This document shows, piece after piece, positions 61,760 through 64,000 of a stretch of 64,000 nucleotides of DNA. Under the pieces are notes generated by a model that saw nothing but the letters and a program-made list of their open reading frames with translations, was not told the origin of the DNA and searched no databases. Position numbers and translations under genes: made by a program. The stretch covers positions 16,174 to 80,173 of the forward strand of contig JBBRBS010000001.1 in the NCBI GenBank assembly GCA_038205615.1. Reading direction: 5' to 3'. The stretch is from Burkholderiales bacterium. GTDB lineage: Bacteria; Pseudomonadota; Gammaproteobacteria; Burkholderiales; Gallionellaceae. Numbering within the stretch: position 1 is the first letter of the stretch; every line of letters starts with the position of its first letter.

Positions 61760-61990
61760 AATAAATTCCAGAATTGTTGCGGGGGTGTTGCTTCTCGGTA
61801 GCGGTGATTCGCACTTACCAATTGCCTGCCCGGACGCGGACATTAATGTGATTTCTGTTTTTTAGTTCCCGGATTCATCGCACTGGAGGCGAGTTCTTTT
61901 AGTTGCTTGGCAATGCAAGCAAAGTAACCCGCTGCCGGTTTAACCTCGGCATATATCGGTGAGTCACAGGCAGGATTGGTTGGCACACGG

Positions 61991-62368
61991 TCAGTTCGAA
62001 AACTCGCCATCCACATAAAACCAGTGCCCGTCTGATCGTGTGAACCGGCTGATCTCGTGCAGACGGTGAGCGCGCCCGCCGATTTTGTAGCGGGCGACGA
62101 ATTCAACGGTAGATTGATCTGATGTTGTCGTCAGGTGATTTTTCACTTCAAGCCCCAGCCATTTAGTATCGTCGCTGGAAAGTTCGAGTGTGGAAGGGCT
62201 GGTGTCCGGATGCCAGGTGGCAAGCAGGTAGGCTTCCAGTTTTAGCACGTATGCAACATAGCGGGAGCGCATCAACGACTCAGCATCCAGGGCGTGCGCG
62301 CCGAGATGGTAACGGCCGCAACAGGCCGCGTAGTCACCTCTGCCGCAGGGGCAAGTCGCTATTGCCAT
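61991..62368 (-). CDS. ychJ: YchJ family (SEC-C motif) protein
   Basis: CPCG..CC..H, AESLMRSRY, YLLATWHP, WLGLEV, HEISRF, WFYVDG. Confidence 0.92.
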   Translation of the reverse strand: MAIATCPCGRGDYAACCGRYHLGAHALDAESLMRSRYVAYVLKLEAYLLATWHPDTSPSTLELSSDDTKWLGLEVKNHLTTTSDQSTVEFVARYKIGGRAHRLHEISRFTRSDGHWFYVDGEFSN

Positions 62369-62922
62369 GCCTGACCTGATGACAGGCTGCCGTGCCATAT
62401 CACGGGTTCAATCTCTACCACGCCGTCAGCGCTGGTGACCATCATATGGCCTTCCTGGATAGTGCATTGCAGTTGCATGGTGCGGCTCACCAGTTTGGCA
62501 AGTGCCTGGGTGGCCTCATTCGGCAGTCTGAGCACGGTAAGGTTATTAAGGCGCGTCAGCTTGCTTTTATTTTCATTCCACCAGATTTCGGCGGCGCGGC
62601 CATAACTGATGATCACGACCTTGTCGGCGCGTCCGCAGGCTTTGCGGATGGTGCGCTCGTCGGGCAGGCCGACCGCGATCCAGCGTTCTATTGCGCCGGT
62701 GAGGTCTTTTTGCCACAGATCGGGTTCGTCTTCATTGCTGATGCCCTGAGCGAACGTCAGGGTTTCATCAGCATAAAGCGCGAACGCGTACAGGCGCACC
62801 ATCATGCGTTCTTCCGTTTCGGACGGGTGTTGCGCTATGGTCAGCGGGTGATCGCAATAATAGTAGCGGTCCATGTCGGCGATCTGCAGACAGGCTTTTA
62901 ATACGGTTGCTTTGATAGCCAT
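62359..62922 (-). CDS. yaeQ: YaeQ family protein
   Basis: MAIKAT, DMDRYYY, AQHPSETEERMMVRL, EPDLW, GLPDE. Confidence 0.95.
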   Translation of the reverse strand: MAIKATVLKACLQIADMDRYYYCDHPLTIAQHPSETEERMMVRLYAFALYADETLTFAQGISNEDEPDLWQKDLTGAIERWIAVGLPDERTIRKACGRADKVVIISYGRAAEIWWNENKSKLTRLNNLTVLRLPNEATQALAKLVSRTMQLQCTIQEGHMMVTSADGVVEIEPVIWHGSLSSGQAWQ

Positions 62923-62973
62923 GTGGCAGGGTGGATTGATAGTCAGGCGCGCATTCTAACAGGAGCATGTTCA

Positions 62974-63066
62974 TCAACGCGAAACTCGCGTAGCGTCTCT
63001 CGCACGCTTGCGGGAGAGGGTTGGGGCGAGGGAAACGGACAAGGCAACAACGTTGCCTTGTCCGTT
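62974..63066 (-). repeat. REP-like element plus 15-bp perfect hairpin
   Basis: Minus strand CCCTCGCCCCAACCCTCTCCCGCAAGCG..GCTACGCGAGTTTCGCGTTGA; AACGGACAAGGCAAC/GTTGCCTTGTCCGTT at 63034-63066. Confidence 0.7.
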
Positions 63067-63137
63067 GGATGGTATTGCACCGCCGTTGCGACTATAATTC
63101 GCCTCCTTATTAGCTTTGTTACCTGTCAAATACTACG

Positions 63138-64000
63138 ATGCAGCTGTTTGCCTTTGGCCTCAATCATCAGACTGCGCCGCTTGCCGTGCGCGAGCAGGTC
63201 GCCTTCAACGTGGACGGGATAGAAAACGCGCTGCGTGACCTGGTGGAAAACGGTGCGGCAAAAGAAGCCACGATACTGTCCACCTGTAACCGCATGGAGT
63301 TGTATTGCAACGCGGCGAAACCCGACCATGCAATCGACTGGCTGGCGCAATATCACAATCTGCCGCGCAAAGACCTCGAGCCCTATCTGTACTCATTGCC
63401 GCGCGAGCAGGCCGTCAAGCACTCGTTCCGTGTGGCCAGCGGCCTGGATTCGATGGTGCTGGGCGAGCCGCAGATTCTGGGGCAGATGAAACAGGCTGTG
63501 CGCCAAGCTGAGCAGGCGGGCACGATGGGCATCCTGCTGCACAAGTTGTTCCAGAATACTTTTTCGGTCGCAAAGCAAGTGCGCACCGAAACCGAAATCG
63601 GGGCGAACCTGGTTTCGATGGCCGCCGCCGCCGTGCGGCTCGCCGAGCGCATCTTTCCCAGTATCAGCGATCAAAACGTGTTGTTCATCGGCGCGGGTGA
63701 GATGATCGAGCTCAACGCGGTGTATTTCGCGGCGCGCAATCCGAAACGCATCACCGTCGCCAACCGGACGCTGGAACGCGCGCAGACGCTGGCACGGCAG
63801 TATAACGGCCATGCCATCACGCTGTCCGATTTGCCGGAACAGCTGGCGCAAAACGATATCATCGTGACCTGCACCGCCAGCCAGTTGCCGATTCTGGGCA
63901 AGGGCATGGTGGAGCGCGCACTCAAGGCGCGCCGTCACAAACCACTGTTTATCGTTGATCTGGCCGTGCCGCGCGACGTTGAAACAGAAGTATCTGATTT
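63138..64000 (+). CDS. hemA: Glutamyl-tRNA reductase, 3' end outside the window (missing from ORF track)
   Basis: [57 protein letters not shown]. Confidence 0.97.
   Translation, partial: MQLFAFGLNHQTAPLAVREQVAFNVDGIENALRDLVENGAAKEATILSTCNRMELYCNAAKPDHAIDWLAQYHNLPRKDLEPYLYSLPREQAVKHSFRVASGLDSMVLGEPQILGQMKQAVRQAEQAGTMGILLHKLFQNTFSVAKQVRTETEIGANLVSMAAAAVRLAERIFPSISDQNVLFIGAGEMIELNAVYFAARNPKRITVANRTLERAQTLARQYNGHAITLSDLPEQLAQNDIIVTCTASQLPILGKGMVERALKARRHKPLFIVDLAVPRDVETEVSD

Overview
A 64 kb core-chromosome segment (GC in the mid-50s %) of a betaproteobacterium. Gene style and content suggest Gallionellaceae (microaerophilic Fe(II) oxidisers); this is inference only. Left to right: rarA (partial)-serS, mltF, tRNA-Ser(CGA) with a tRNA-linked repeat; an FNR-controlled cbb3 oxidase locus (ccoNOQP, an unannotated 40-aa membrane ORF, ccoGHIS, cytochrome c); two unknown membrane genes; fnr; hemN broken by a single in-frame TAG; asmA, mutY, DUF3124, CPA2 antiporter; kdsD-kdsC-lptCAB-rpoN-hpf-ptsN-hprK-rapZ followed by a NusG-II/Gx-transporter (EetA/EetB-like) pair, ubiX and a Nudix fusion; pilC-pilD-coaE-zapD-yacG (no pilB), CNNM/CorC, lgt; ilvD, a mutarotase and three class I cytochromes c; livKHMGF; a PAS-GGDEF-EAL protein; RelA lacking its ACT domain, TauE, EVE; a NAGGN-type amidotransferase; a coupled RbgA-RIO kinase-methyltransferase operon behind an RsuA-family gene; a small AT-rich foreign-looking insert; ychJ, yaeQ and partial hemA. 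I found no prophage, IS transposase, CRISPR or rRNA. The most interesting signals are the non-standard cbb3/cytochrome c apparatus (extra small subunit candidate, Glu-to-Asp at the heme b3 proximal site, CcoO insertion, His-rich CX7CH cytochrome, shared upstream motif), the EetA/EetB-like pair coupled to ubiX, the amber-interrupted hemN, the RIO kinase in a ribosome-biogenesis operon, and several families of short intergenic repeats. All family assignments are by motif recognition; no searches were run.
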